From Thermodesulfobacteriota bacterium (GTDB lineage: Bacteria > Desulfobacterota_D > UBA1144 > Nemesobacterales > UBA2774), in the NCBI GenBank assembly GCA_965223335.1, contig OZ244991.1, positions 768,001-832,000 on the forward strand: DNA of 64,000 nt, given 5' to 3'. Made by a program: the position numbers and the translations under genes. Under the pieces are notes generated by a model. That model saw only the letters and a list, made by a program, of their open reading frames with translations. It did not search any database and was not told the origin of the DNA. Positions within the stretch are counted from its first letter, which is position 1, and each line of letters opens with the position of its first letter. Below are positions 22,590-33,821 of the stretch, in pieces.

Positions 22590-22963
22590 AGACTAAACCA
22601 CTAGCTTTTATGTATTGAAATATTTATAGCTAAACAAATTAATACCAATTTACCACCAAGACGGGTTTTCAATAATACTTGAAACAACTATAAAATCAAA
22701 GCATCCTCAATGGTTACATCCCCCTGACTTTGCCCTGCCCTCTTAATACCCTTTATCCACGGTTGCGATATCCGTTTATTTAGTTGGATGCCCTAATACC
22801 ACCATACGACTCTCGGCCGTTGCTAAATCTGTTAACTATACATAATTAAACCAGGTATTCCGCATACTCTGAGAATTTCATTAATTATGCAACTGCCCGC
22901 AATAGCAGCAATCTAACGGAGGTGGTTGACTCGTATAAGACGATTATTTAACATTACACCCCC

Positions 22964-24361
22964 ATGCAGCCCAGAACCAGATTTGCCCCGAGCCCAACCG
23001 GCTCGTTACACCTAGGCGGGGCACGAACCGCTATTTTCAACTGGCTTTTTGCCCGCCACGGCAAGGGCGAGTTCGTGCTTAGGATAGAGGATACCGACCA
23101 AGCCAGGTCAACCCAGGAATCATTGGACGAGATCCTCCGGGGTATGGAGTGGCTTGGACTCGACTGGGACGAGGGCCCCTACAAACAGTCCGAGCGGCTT
23201 GAGGAATATAGAAAATATGCCGACCAACTCGTCCAGGAGGGAAAGGCATACAAATGCTATGTTAGCCCCGAGGAACTGACCGAGAAGCGAAAAGAAGCAG
23301 AAGCGGGGGGCGGTGTCTTTAGATACGATCGCAGGTGGGCGAAAGAGAACGAAGGACCAGACAATCCCTATGTCATAAGACTGCTTACACCCGACACAGG
23401 GCTCGTAGAGGTAAGCGATATGCTTAGGGGCACGGTAAACTTCGAGGCCACGGAGATAGAAGACTTTGTGCTGCTTAAACGAGACGGGTTCCCCACCTAT
23501 AACTTTGCTGTGGTCGTGGATGACGCCACAATGAACATCACACATATCATTAGGGGCGACGACCACCTTATTAACACACCGAGACAGGTGCTCATATATA
23601 AAGCGCTTGGGTTCGACCTACCACAGATGGCACACGTCTCTATGATCCACGGAGAAGACAAAACCAAACTGAGCAAGCGCCACGGTGCAACCTCTATCAC
23701 AGAGTATAAAGAGATGGGATACCTGCCCGAGGCACTGCTTAACTACCTGACAAGGCTCGGGTGGTCCTATGGGGACGAGGAGATTTTCTCGGCAGATGAT
23801 CTCATAGACAAATTCACACTCGACAACGTAGGCAAATCCCCCGCTGTGTTTAACCCCGAAAAACTTAGCTGGCTAAACGGCTGGTGGATTAGAAACAAAG
23901 ACTCAAAAGAGCTTGCAGATATAATAATGCCCATCTTAGAACAAAAGGAACTTGGAATAGAAACCGACACAAAACTAATAAAAATAATCGAGGAGCTTAA
24001 ACAACGCGCGAAAACTCTCCACGATATCACAGGCAACATCGACTATTTTTATACCGATCCCAAGAGTTTCGATGAGAAGGCGGATCACAAATTCCTAAAA
24101 CCCGAATTCGTCCCGGTTTTCTCGGACCTCATCCAACAACTGGATGAGCTGGCCGAAATAGATACAGATAATGTTCGTGGTGTATTCGAGGACCTAATGA
24201 CCGCTCACGACCTCAAAATGGGCAAGATCGCCCAACCAGTCCGGGTAGCCCTCACAGGTGGCACAGTGAGCCCCGGGATCTTCGAAGTGATAGATATTTT
24301 GGGTAAAGACACGGTGCTTAGACGCCTTGGGAATGCGATAGCGCACATCAAGTCCAAATAA
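22964..24361 (+). CDS. gltX: Glutamate--tRNA ligase
   Basis: RFAPSPTGSLHLGG, LRIEDTD, KLSKR. Confidence 0.96.
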   Translation: MQPRTRFAPSPTGSLHLGGARTAIFNWLFARHGKGEFVLRIEDTDQARSTQESLDEILRGMEWLGLDWDEGPYKQSERLEEYRKYADQLVQEGKAYKCYVSPEELTEKRKEAEAGGGVFRYDRRWAKENEGPDNPYVIRLLTPDTGLVEVSDMLRGTVNFEATEIEDFVLLKRDGFPTYNFAVVVDDATMNITHIIRGDDHLINTPRQVLIYKALGFDLPQMAHVSMIHGEDKTKLSKRHGATSITEYKEMGYLPEALLNYLTRLGWSYGDEEIFSADDLIDKFTLDNVGKSPAVFNPEKLSWLNGWWIRNKDSKELADIIMPILEQKELGIETDTKLIKIIEELKQRAKTLHDITGNIDYFYTDPKSFDEKADHKFLKPEFVPVFSDLIQQLDELAEIDTDNVRGVFEDLMTAHDLKMGKIAQPVRVALTGGTVSPGIFEVIDILGKDTVLRRLGNAIAHIKSK

Positions 24362-24398
24362 CCCCTAAGCTATCCCAACCCCATATGAGTGCTATGAG

Positions 24399-25265
24399 TT
24401 AGGCGTAGTCGTAAAATCCCTTACCGGACTTCCTACCCAGCCACCCGGCTCTTACCATTTGTCTTAGCAGCGGTGACGGTCTGTACTTGGAATCCTTAAA
24501 CTCCGTGTAGAACACATCCATTACATCTAGCGTTACATCGAGCCCGATCAAATCTATAAGCGCCAAAGGCCCGATCGGATGGTTAGTGCCGAGTTTCATT
24601 GCTTTATCTATATCCTCGGCCGTCGCTATGCCGTCTTGTAGTGTAAACACGGCCTCGTTTAGCATCGGTATAAGTATCCTGTTTACTATAAACCCCGGAT
24701 AGTCTTTGGTCTTTACAGGCTCTTTTCCGAGATGCCCGGCAAAATCATATGCAAATTGCAACACTTCAGGTGACGTTGTAAGCGCCTCAATGATCTCTAC
24801 CAAGCTCATCACAGGGGCCGGGTTAAAGAAATGCATGCCCACGACTTTATCGGGGCGGTCAGTACACATTGCTATATCAATTATAGGCAGAGACGATGTG
24901 TTGGTCGCAAGGACTACATCGGGTTTAGTGATCTTGGTCAGCTGCTCGTATGTGGCTTTTTTTACCCCCATCTCCTCAAACACGGCCTCAACAACCAGAT
25001 CTACATCCGATAGACTCTCGAGAGTAGTTGAACTATTTATCCTAGAAGTAATTGTTTCTACGTCCTCTTGTTTTAATTTATCCTTTTTAACCAACCTGCC
25101 CAGGCTCTTCTCTATGCCCGCCAAACCCCGTTCCAGTGCCTTATCAGACACATCTACGAGCTCTACCTCTATACCTTTTTGCGCAATAATCTGTGCTATT
25201 CCAGAACCCATTGTGCCCGCACCCACAACTCCTACTTTTTGCACCTGCTCAACGTTTAAAGGCAT
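24399..25265 (-). CDS. hbd: 3-hydroxybutyryl-CoA / 3-hydroxyacyl-CoA dehydrogenase
   Basis: GAGTMG, TNTSSL, GMHFFNP, PGFIVNR, GRKSGKGFY. Confidence 0.9.
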   Translation of the reverse strand: MPLNVEQVQKVGVVGAGTMGSGIAQIIAQKGIEVELVDVSDKALERGLAGIEKSLGRLVKKDKLKQEDVETITSRINSSTTLESLSDVDLVVEAVFEEMGVKKATYEQLTKITKPDVVLATNTSSLPIIDIAMCTDRPDKVVGMHFFNPAPVMSLVEIIEALTTSPEVLQFAYDFAGHLGKEPVKTKDYPGFIVNRILIPMLNEAVFTLQDGIATAEDIDKAMKLGTNHPIGPLALIDLIGLDVTLDVMDVFYTEFKDSKYRPSPLLRQMVRAGWLGRKSGKGFYDYA

Positions 25266-25413
25266 GATTCACTCCCTATTAGTAATTTCCCCGGCTACGA
25301 GGATTCTCTATTATACCAGTGTGGTGATTTAATCAAGTAAGACAGTAACAAACTACTTATCTGTGCAGTTGCGGAATTGAAATAGTCCCTGAAATTATTA
25401 CAATTATTTAGGT

Positions 25414-26016
25414 ATGATTGTGCTAGGGCTTACAGGAAACATCGCTAGCGGCAAGAGTCTGGTCTCAAAACACCTAAGAGAACTTGGGGCCGTGATAATA
25501 GATGCCGACCACATAGCACGGTTGATAGTCGAGCCCGGAGAGCCGGCACTGGAGGAGATCCGCACACATTTCGGGGACGAAGCCATTAACCGCGATGGTA
25601 CCCTAAACAGAGAATACGTGGGTAATATCGTGTTCTCTGACCACAGCAAAAGGCAAGTGCTTAACCGGATCACCCACCCCAGGATCGTATCCAAGATAAG
25701 AGATTTTGTAGACAAGCAGAGACACACCGGAACAGAGGTAGCAGTAATCGAGGCAGCCCTAATAGTTGAAAAGGGAGGGTTAAACGACCTCATTGACAAA
25801 TTGGTTGTGGTCGCCACAGACGACACGAGTCAGATCAAGAGGCTTATCGAGCGAGACGACATTACAGAGGCCGAGGCACGCCGGCGAATACACTCACAGA
25901 TGCCGGCACAAGAGAAGATCAAACATGCCGACTACATTATTGACAACTCTCACACGCCTGAGCATACAAAACAGCAGGTCCTGGAATTATGGGAAACCCT
26001 TTCCAGTCAGAGTTAA
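25414..26016 (+). CDS. coaE: Dephospho-CoA kinase
   Basis: GLTGNIASGKS, IDAD, ITHP, SQMP. Confidence 0.94.
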   Translation: MIVLGLTGNIASGKSLVSKHLRELGAVIIDADHIARLIVEPGEPALEEIRTHFGDEAINRDGTLNREYVGNIVFSDHSKRQVLNRITHPRIVSKIRDFVDKQRHTGTEVAVIEAALIVEKGGLNDLIDKLVVVATDDTSQIKRLIERDDITEAEARRRIHSQMPAQEKIKHADYIIDNSHTPEHTKQQVLELWETLSSQS

Positions 26017-26255
26017 TTCTCCGCCACCCCGTTTACCATAACACCTTCAAAAAAATAGTATTTTCTGGTATTATTGAGTCCTCTTAAGAGTGGGTAGTTG
26101 GGGATCTGCACAGAATAGATATTTGAAACAGATGTATTAACCCGGCTTAATACGTGGCTACGGTTTATGCTCAAAGTGGGCGGGATTGTTACTTGCCAAC
26201 CCATGCTTTTAACTGTAGATTGGTAGGGTTTTTAAGAACCTCTAGGGAGAAAGTG

Positions 26256-27800
26256 ATGAAGGATAAAGTCGAAGAGCTCGAGCTAAAAGAGAATGAAGCC
26301 GAACTTGGAGGGGGCGAAGCCAGGATAAAGAAACAGCACGATTACGGCAAACTTACAGCGAGAGAAAGAATCGACCTCCTATTGGACAAAAACACCTTTG
26401 TAGAGCTGGATAAATTCGTAACCCATAGATGTACTGATTTTGGTATGGAGGATAAGAAGTTTCTAGGAGACGGCGTGGTTACGGGCTATGGAAAAATCGA
26501 CGGCCGCCAAGTGTTCGTGTTTGCCCAGGATTTCACAGTGTTCGGGGGTTCTTTGGGCATGGTCCACGGTAAAAAGATCTGCAAGATCATGGACCTGGCA
26601 ATGGAGGTGGGAGCGCCTGTAATCGGGCTCAACGACTCGGGTGGTGCAAGGATTCAGGAGGGTGTAGAGAGTCTCGGAGGCTATGGCGAGATATTCCTTC
26701 GTAACACTTTGGCCTCGGGTGTAGTCCCCCAGATATCCGCTATCATGGGCCCCTGTGCCGGGGGAGCGGTGTACTCGCCGGCAATTACGGATTTTGTGGT
26801 CATGGCAAGAGACACAAGCTATATGTTTATCACCGGGCCCGATGTCATCAAGACTGTTACACACGAAGAGGTCAGTTCCGAGGAACTAGGCGGTGCAATG
26901 GTCCATAACTCAAAGAGCGGTGTGGCACACTTCGCCACCGATAACGACGAACAATGCATTCTTACCATACGTGAACTACTCAGCTTTTTACCCTCAAACA
27001 ATATGGAAGACCCACCACGGGAGATCTCAGAGGACCCGCCCGACCGCCGTGACAACGGGCTTAGGGGAATAATCCCAGATAACCCAAACAAACCCTACGA
27101 TATAAGAGATGTCATATCCCCTGTGGTAGATGACGGCTATTTCTTCGAAGTCCAAGAGCACTTCGCGCAGAATATTGTCATCGGGTTCGCCAGGTTGGCG
27201 GGCCGTGTAGTGGGGGTGGTAGGGAACCAGCCTAACGTGCTTGCGGGCTGCCTCGACATAGACGCATCAGTTAAGGGGGGCAGGTTTGTCAGGTTCTGTG
27301 ACAGTTTCAACATCCCTCTACTAACATTTGTGGATGTACCCGGGTTTTTGCCCGGCACCTCACAGGAATGGGGCGGAATTATTAAACACGGGGCCAAGCT
27401 GCTCTATGCTTACTGCGAAGCAACGGTGCCCAGAGTAACTGTGATCACCCGTAAGGCATATGGTGGTGCGTACGACGTTATGTCGTCCAAGCATGTGAGG
27501 GGCGATATCAACCTCTCTTTCCCCACGGGTGAGATCGCTGTTATGGGATCTGACGGGGCGGTAAACATTATCTCGAGGACACAGATCGCAGGTGCCGAGG
27601 AACCTGAAGCCGAAAGGGCAAGGCTCATAGAGGAGTATAAGGAAAACTTTGCAAACCCCTATAGAGCCGCCGAGCTTGGTTTCATAGACGAAGTAATTAG
27701 ACCCGAAGACACACGTCCTCGGCTTATATCGGCGTTTGATCTTCTAGACGGGAAACGACAGACCAATCCGCCGAAAAAACACGGGAACATCCCGCTCTAA
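26256..27800 (+). CDS. pccB: Acyl-CoA (propionyl-CoA-type) carboxylase carboxyltransferase beta subunit
   Basis: [37 protein letters not shown]; start moved to 26256 (GGGAG SD). Confidence 0.9.
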   Translation: MKDKVEELELKENEAELGGGEARIKKQHDYGKLTARERIDLLLDKNTFVELDKFVTHRCTDFGMEDKKFLGDGVVTGYGKIDGRQVFVFAQDFTVFGGSLGMVHGKKICKIMDLAMEVGAPVIGLNDSGGARIQEGVESLGGYGEIFLRNTLASGVVPQISAIMGPCAGGAVYSPAITDFVVMARDTSYMFITGPDVIKTVTHEEVSSEELGGAMVHNSKSGVAHFATDNDEQCILTIRELLSFLPSNNMEDPPREISEDPPDRRDNGLRGIIPDNPNKPYDIRDVISPVVDDGYFFEVQEHFAQNIVIGFARLAGRVVGVVGNQPNVLAGCLDIDASVKGGRFVRFCDSFNIPLLTFVDVPGFLPGTSQEWGGIIKHGAKLLYAYCEATVPRVTVITRKAYGGAYDVMSSKHVRGDINLSFPTGEIAVMGSDGAVNIISRTQIAGAEEPEAERARLIEEYKENFANPYRAAELGFIDEVIRPEDTRPRLISAFDLLDGKRQTNPPKKHGNIPL

Positions 27801-27816
27801 CAACTAAGGACAATAT

Positions 27817-29310
27817 ATGTTTAATAAAATTCTTGTAGCAAACAGAGGGGAGATCGCAGTTAGAATAATCCGGGCTTGTAGAGAGCTCGGTGTTAAGACC
27901 GTAGCAGTCTACTCTGATGCAGATCGAAAGTCCCTCCACGTCGCCATTGCCGACGAGGCTTACCACATAGGGGGTTCAGCCCCCGCAGAAAGCTACCTGG
28001 CAATGGACAAGATCATAGATGTGGCCAAGCGATCGGGTGCCGAGGCCATTCACCCCGGCTTTGGATTCCTATCCGAGAACGAAGCGTTCGCTAAATTATG
28101 CGCGAAAGAGAAAATCATATTCATAGGCCCCTCGGCCAAGGCCATCCGACTTATGGGCGATAAAATTACCGCACGCAAAATCGCCGAGGACCACAATGTA
28201 CCGCTTGTACCGGGTTCTCAGGGTGCCGTGAGTGATGTAGAGGCGTCCATTATAGCCGATGAGATCGGGTACCCGGTGATGATTAAAGCATCGGCTGGCG
28301 GGGGCGGTAAGGGAATGAGGCTGGTCAGGTCCAAAAAGGACTTCGACAGTGCACTTAGGATGGCTCGCAGTGAGGCACGCTCGGCATTCGGTGACGACTC
28401 TGTGTTTGTAGAGAGGTTCATAGAACAACCGCGCCACGTTGAGATACAGGTCATCGGAGACTCCCAGGGCAACATACTACACCTGTTTGAACGCGAATGC
28501 TCCGTGCAGCGTAGGCACCAAAAGGTTATCGAAGAGGCCCCATCGGCTGCCATAAGTGCACGCACCCGTAAAAAGATGGGTGAGGTTGCCGTGCGTATTG
28601 CAAAGGCTGTGGATTACCAGGGCGCAGGCACGGTGGAGTTCATTATGGATCAAAACCAGAACTTTTATTTTCTCGAGATGAACACCCGTGTACAAGTCGA
28701 GCACCCCGTGACAGAGATGATCACAGGCATTGATATCGTAAAATGGATGATACGTATTGCAGACGGCGAGAAACTCCCGTTTAAACAATCTAAGATAGAG
28801 ATGAAGGGCCATGCACTGGAGTGCAGGGTATATGCTGAGGACCCCGAAAACAATTTCATGCCCAGCCCGGGCTTACTCGAATACGTAAGAGCTCCTAGCG
28901 GCCCAGGGATCAGGGACGACTCCTCGATCTATAGCGGGTGCGAGATTACACCATTTTACGACCCTATGCTCTCTAAACTCATCGTTTGGGCCGATACACG
29001 CGAGGGTGCCATACAGAAAATGTCTGCGGCACTTAAAGAATATATAGTGCTCGGTGTAAAGACCAACATAGGATTTTTAATCCGTGTGATGGACAACGAA
29101 GAGTTCCAAAAGGCCAAGATCGACACAGGCTTTATAGACAGACACCCCGAGCTCCTTCGGCCCGGCACCGATCAGATTAAAGCCGCAGTTATAGCGGCCG
29201 GTGTGGCATCCGATGAGCAGAACGATACGGGGGTTGTGGAAAAGAAAACCGTCTCCAACTGGAAGCTCTATGCCAGAAGGGCGGGTGTGTCGGGAGGCTC
29301 TATCTTATGA
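27817..29310 (+). CDS. accC: Biotin carboxylase subunit
   Basis: ANRGEIA, GGGGKGMR, RECSVQRRHQK, EMNTRVQVEH. Confidence 0.92.
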   Translation: MFNKILVANRGEIAVRIIRACRELGVKTVAVYSDADRKSLHVAIADEAYHIGGSAPAESYLAMDKIIDVAKRSGAEAIHPGFGFLSENEAFAKLCAKEKIIFIGPSAKAIRLMGDKITARKIAEDHNVPLVPGSQGAVSDVEASIIADEIGYPVMIKASAGGGGKGMRLVRSKKDFDSALRMARSEARSAFGDDSVFVERFIEQPRHVEIQVIGDSQGNILHLFERECSVQRRHQKVIEEAPSAAISARTRKKMGEVAVRIAKAVDYQGAGTVEFIMDQNQNFYFLEMNTRVQVEHPVTEMITGIDIVKWMIRIADGEKLPFKQSKIEMKGHALECRVYAEDPENNFMPSPGLLEYVRAPSGPGIRDDSSIYSGCEITPFYDPMLSKLIVWADTREGAIQKMSAALKEYIVLGVKTNIGFLIRVMDNEEFQKAKIDTGFIDRHPELLRPGTDQIKAAVIAAGVASDEQNDTGVVEKKTVSNWKLYARRAGVSGGSIL

Positions 29311-29801
29311 GCTATACCTTCAACTTCAAAGACCAGCAGTTCCATGTAGCATTTGAAGGAGACGAAAACGCCACGTCTATCAGCATAGACGGCGAGCAGG
29401 CCCCGTTAGACTTCGAAAAAATAGACAACAACCTCTACTCGATTATAGTGGACGGCACGTCCTACACGCTTGGGGTACTTAGGAAAGGCAAAAAGGTCAC
29501 CGTGTTTATCGAGGGTGATATCTACGAACTCGAAACCATAACCGAGCGCGACAGATTAAAGTCAACGACCAGTGGATCAGGTAAGAACGAGATCGTATCC
29601 CCCATGCCGAGCCGTGTGGTAAAACTGCTAAAATCCGTGGGCGACCCCATTTCAGTAGACGAGGGGGCAATAGTGGTCGAAGCCATGAAAATGGAGAGCG
29701 AACTAAAGGGTTCACTCGAAGGTGTAATAAAAGAGATAAGAGTAAGCGAAGGCGAGGCAGTCGAGGCCGGCACAGTCCTTATAGTTATTTCCCCCGAGTA
29801 A
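29307..29801 (+). CDS. Biotin carboxyl carrier protein subunit
   Basis: SPMP...EAMKME biotinylation motif; ATGA overlap. Confidence 0.9.
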   Translation: MSYTFNFKDQQFHVAFEGDENATSISIDGEQAPLDFEKIDNNLYSIIVDGTSYTLGVLRKGKKVTVFIEGDIYELETITERDRLKSTTSGSGKNEIVSPMPSRVVKLLKSVGDPISVDEGAIVVEAMKMESELKGSLEGVIKEIRVSEGEAVEAGTVLIVISPE

Positions 29802-29864
29802 GCCCACCACATATACAGTTTGCCGAATACACACTTTTTGACTGAGTATAACTCCTCCACCCTA

Positions 29865-30722
29865 CTATAAATAGGTCGCGGCCTTGCGATAAAGGGTCCC
29901 AAACTCCTCGATAGTAAGTGTTTCCCCACGCCTTTTTTTGTCTATCCCCGCTTCGTCTAAAACCCTCTCGGCCTCGTCTTTTGTCATAACAGAGCCGAGC
30001 GAGTTCACAAGCATCTTACGTCGGGATGTAAAAGCTGCCCTAACCACTCGCTCGAACAAATCCCTGTTTTGAATATCGACCCTGGGTTGTGCAAGTGGTG
30101 TAATTCTAAGCACCACTGAGTCCACCTTGGGTCTCGGCCAAAACGCAGAGGATGGCACGCGAAAAAGTGTTTTCACATCCGTATATACTTGGAATAGCAC
30201 TGAGAGCGAACCGTAAGCCTTAGTGCCCGGGATCGCATTAATTCTCTCGCCGACTTCCTTTTGTACCATTACTATAAGCAGGCCGAGTAATTCTCTTACA
30301 TCCAACAACCTAATCAGTATGGGTGTTGCGACACTATAGGGAAGGTTAGACACCACTTTGACCTTATTGGGGACAAGCAGCTCAGTGTAGTCGACCTCTA
30401 GCGCATCCGTCACGCTAAGCTCAACGTTTGTAGATCCTTTAATCACACTTTCGAGTTCATTTGCTACCTCTATATCCTTCTCAAGCGCAATCACACGCTT
30501 TGCACGATCGGCTAGTCCTGTTGTGAGCGCACCCAACCCGGGTCCGATCTCAAGCACCGTATCCCCTGCTCCGAGATCCGCAGCCTCTATGATACGCTCT
30601 ACATAGTTCTTATCACGCAGAAAGTTCTGCCCGAAACTCTTTTTGGGCCGAGTAGTGGAATCCCGGAAAAACTCCTTTACTTTCGTGCTCTTTTTTTTGG
30701 TATCAGACACTCTATGCCACAC
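29865..30722 (-). CDS. rsmA: 16S rRNA adenine dimethyltransferase KsgA
   Basis: KKSFGQNFL, EIGPGLG, NLPYS, FWPRPKVDS; exact start uncertain. Confidence 0.94.
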   Translation of the reverse strand: MWHRVSDTKKKSTKVKEFFRDSTTRPKKSFGQNFLRDKNYVERIIEAADLGAGDTVLEIGPGLGALTTGLADRAKRVIALEKDIEVANELESVIKGSTNVELSVTDALEVDYTELLVPNKVKVVSNLPYSVATPILIRLLDVRELLGLLIVMVQKEVGERINAIPGTKAYGSLSVLFQVYTDVKTLFRVPSSAFWPRPKVDSVVLRITPLAQPRVDIQNRDLFERVVRAAFTSRRKMLVNSLGSVMTKDEAERVLDEAGIDKKRRGETLTIEEFGTLYRKAATYL

Positions 30723-30790
30723 CTAACAGATTCAATTAGGTGTCTCCCACAGAGTATTATACATCGGATGACGGATATTGGTTTTTGGTA

Positions 30791-32923
30791 TCAGGTGCCC
30801 AGTTCCTCGAGTGTGATATCCTCGTAGTGGCACACCTTGTTTTTACCCTCACGCTTTGCCTCGTAGAGAGCGCGGTCAGCCCTCTCGACCAGTATGTCCT
30901 TGGTAGTAGCATTCTGGGGATAAGTGGCTATACCCATGCTGAGTGTGATCTCTATCTCGTGCTCTTTATACTTAAACAGTTTGGATTCGAGGCGCATACG
31001 GATTTTATCTGCTACCACTGTGGCCCCGTCCTTATTAGTGTTGGGCAGAATGATCGAAAACTCATCCCCCCCGTAACGGGCCGCAACATCTATTTTCCTA
31101 AGCGACGTATCGATAAGTTCCCCCACAAAGCCCAGTGCTGCATCACCTGCCTGGTGGCCGTAAGTATCGTTTAAGAGCTTTAGATCGTCTAGGTCGACCA
31201 ATATAAGTGAGGTCAGTTGCTCGTATCGGTCCGAATGAGCAATCGTGTACGATAAGAGCTCCTGGAAGTGGCGATGATTGTAAAGCCCGGTAAGACCGTC
31301 ACGAAGCGCTAGCTCCTTTATCCTCTCATAGTTCATAGATACAGAGACGGATTTAGCGGTTTCTTCACACATGATTTTGGTAAGGCTTATCTCCCCGTCA
31401 TTAAACGGTTCTTTGTTTTTCCGGGCCACAACCACCGTGCCCAAAGCCGCTTCATCCTCACTCTCATGCCCGGGGCCCGAGTAATGTAGCGGGCAAACCA
31501 ATATCGATCTTGCACCGTTTATACCCAGTGCAAAATCAATCTCTCTCCCAAATACAGTCCTCTGCTTGGACCCTGACGACACGTGTAGAGACTTCTTTGT
31601 ATCCGTTACCACACTCACAAGGTTATGAGTATTGGGCACAATCTCGTCTATAAGCTTGTCTTTATGCTCAAGATTGGTGAGCTTAAAGATATTCTCGCAA
31701 GCCTCTCGGTCATTCAACGCTACCCCCACCACATCCGCATGCATCGTTTTCTCCAAAGACCCCACAAGGTGGTCGAGTATGTTGTCCACATCACCAGACA
31801 TATTTAGCTTTTGAGTGAACTCATAGAATATGCTTAGCTCTTTGGAATTAAGTTTAAGTTTCTCAGACAGCTCGTAGTTTATTACGCTCTCTACAATTCG
31901 GTCGCTTATTAGAGTCGCTATTCGTTTTTCTTTATCCGAGAAGGCGTTTTGATTGGTGCTATCGACTAAAAGCAGTCCCAGAGTATCTCTCGGCGACTCT
32001 TTGGCACCGTCCTCGCGCTTCATCATCAATGGGGTAGCCAGTAGTGATTTGACGGCTATGGGCCTAACATAGTACAACAGGTTTTTCTTTATATTTTTTA
32101 CGTCCGAGATCAGTACCTGCGTCCTCGTTTTAAGCGCCCAGCCCAGATAGCCCTCTCTTATGTTGAGTTTTTGGCCTTTATCGATGCTCTCTTCTGTCTT
32201 AGATATGTAGTCCGTGATCTTGTAGAGACCGTCATCCATCTGCAGATAGAGCACAATAGAGTTATTAACCAGTATCTCGTCCAGTATCTCTAGTGACTTA
32301 CGGATATCGTACTTTAGCTTTGTGAGGTGTATTGATTGTTCGCCGCCGGGTGGTATATCCAGGTTCTCGTGCTTTAGAATTCCGGCAAGTGACGAGCCCT
32401 TGGTACCCTCTCTCTGGAATAAGAACCCGGGCAACAGAGCCTTGTCGGTTTTAATCAGCTGCCCCAAGACAACCGTAGAAAACAAGAGTGTGGGGATTTT
32501 ATAGAGATTATCGAGTCCGGGATAAAGGGTAATCTGGAAAAACGATATTACTATAAGCATGAGTAAACCGCTTTGCCATCCCAAAAATGCAAACACTATG
32601 GGGGCTACGAGGTAAGATAGCACAAACGCACCTTCACCCGCGAACTCTATACACACCTGTAAAACGAGTGTGCCGAGAAGGGCAAACTCTATTTTGTCTA
32701 AAATGTCTTCGGGAGCCTTACCACTTACAACTGATCTATACACCTTAAACGCAAGCACTCCGCCCAATAGCATCATCGTAAGCAAGGAATATGCATTTAA
32801 TGTGGTGTAGATACCCTTATAGATCAATAATAGGACTATAGCCGATAGTAACCCGACTAAGGTTTTACCGATCAGGTACCCGGTGTGCTCATTTTCAATT
32901 TTGAAATTTATATATTTTCTCAC
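30791..32923 (-). CDS. Membrane-bound diguanylate cyclase (TM region, two GAF-like domains, GGDEF)
   Basis: DGLTGLYN, NDTYGHQAGD, RKID I-site, RYGGDEF; N-terminal TM helices. Confidence 0.9.
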   Translation of the reverse strand: MRKYINFKIENEHTGYLIGKTLVGLLSAIVLLLIYKGIYTTLNAYSLLTMMLLGGVLAFKVYRSVVSGKAPEDILDKIEFALLGTLVLQVCIEFAGEGAFVLSYLVAPIVFAFLGWQSGLLMLIVISFFQITLYPGLDNLYKIPTLLFSTVVLGQLIKTDKALLPGFLFQREGTKGSSLAGILKHENLDIPPGGEQSIHLTKLKYDIRKSLEILDEILVNNSIVLYLQMDDGLYKITDYISKTEESIDKGQKLNIREGYLGWALKTRTQVLISDVKNIKKNLLYYVRPIAVKSLLATPLMMKREDGAKESPRDTLGLLLVDSTNQNAFSDKEKRIATLISDRIVESVINYELSEKLKLNSKELSIFYEFTQKLNMSGDVDNILDHLVGSLEKTMHADVVGVALNDREACENIFKLTNLEHKDKLIDEIVPNTHNLVSVVTDTKKSLHVSSGSKQRTVFGREIDFALGINGARSILVCPLHYSGPGHESEDEAALGTVVVARKNKEPFNDGEISLTKIMCEETAKSVSVSMNYERIKELALRDGLTGLYNHRHFQELLSYTIAHSDRYEQLTSLILVDLDDLKLLNDTYGHQAGDAALGFVGELIDTSLRKIDVAARYGGDEFSIILPNTNKDGATVVADKIRMRLESKLFKYKEHEIEITLSMGIATYPQNATTKDILVERADRALYEAKREGKNKVCHYEDITLEELGT

Positions 32924-33161
32924 CTTTTTTTATCATCCCTAGTTCTTCACGTATTGTTTTTTCCATGTAGCGTTTATCGTTTTTAAGTGCCTCGATCTTA
33001 AGCCCAGTCTCTTCGATATCCCTCTCCAATACCCTTACCTCTCTCATGATCTTTTCGTTCTCATTATGCAGTGCATACACATGGGTAATTTCACGAGCAA
33101 ATAGGTATACAACCACAGATATCACCGCTAGCAGTACCAGTACGCGTACGATAGTTTGCAT
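32895..33161 (-). CDS. ftsB: Septum formation initiator (FtsB/DivIC family)
   Basis: TM plus coiled coil plus REELGMIKKGE. Confidence 0.8.
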   Translation of the reverse strand: MQTIVRVLVLLAVISVVVYLFAREITHVYALHNENEKIMREVRVLERDIEETGLKIEALKNDKRYMEKTIREELGMIKKGEKIYKFQN

Positions 33162-33805
33162 TAATAGAGAATCGCTCCACCCGTTATAAACGGGTTCGAT
33201 TGCCGCTCAATTCCAATTGTCGTAGCGGGGCCGTGCCCCGGGTACACGTTATAATCATCGGGCAGCACCATAAGCTTGGACTTTATCGATCCTACTAACT
33301 CCTGCATAGAAGTACCGCCTGTCAGGTCCACCCTACCCACACTGCCGGCAAATAATGTATCGCCCGAGATCACATGGTTGTCGATAACCAAGCATATGCT
33401 CCCCCAGGTGTGGCCAGGAGTGTGAAGTACCTTTGCCCTATACTTCCCAATATCGACTTCGTCACCCTCTTCCACATATCCATCAACCTTAGGGACTACT
33501 ACATTGCTAAACATCGGATACCTCTTTGCCGCTTCGGGCAAGGCCTCGAGCACGGGCAGTTCCTTGGGATGCAGATAAAAACCCACACCAAGTGTGTTTT
33601 TGGCCTGCTCCACACCCGCCACATGGTCTATATGAGTGTGGGTGTTCACAATCTTAACTATATCAATGCCCGAACTCTCAATCTGTCTTAGAACCGCTAC
33701 TACCTGCTCCCCAGGGTCTATCAATATGCCCTCATTTGAGTCCTCGTCACCGACAATATAGCAATTTGTTAAAAATGCTCCCCCGGGTATACACTCTATG
33801 ATCAT
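33161..33805 (-). CDS. MBL-fold metallo-hydrolase (glyoxalase II-like)
   Basis: THTHIDH, HTPGHT, GDTLF, PGHGP. Confidence 0.9.
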   Translation of the reverse strand: MIIECIPGGAFLTNCYIVGDEDSNEGILIDPGEQVVAVLRQIESSGIDIVKIVNTHTHIDHVAGVEQAKNTLGVGFYLHPKELPVLEALPEAAKRYPMFSNVVVPKVDGYVEEGDEVDIGKYRAKVLHTPGHTWGSICLVIDNHVISGDTLFAGSVGRVDLTGGTSMQELVGSIKSKLMVLPDDYNVYPGHGPATTIGIERQSNPFITGGAILY

Positions 33806-33821
33806 AAGCCTTTAAGTCCTT

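Noticed and set aside
22590..22920. Possible ncRNA or small ORF between the lipoprotein gene and gltX
   Set aside because: No recognisable motif, convincing stem or SD-led ORF; a single TTATCCACG is insufficient
30740..31174. 144-aa ORF antisense to the GGDEF domain, and similar antisense ORFs across the window
   Set aside because: Shadow frames of well-supported genes on the opposite strand, with no motifs of their own
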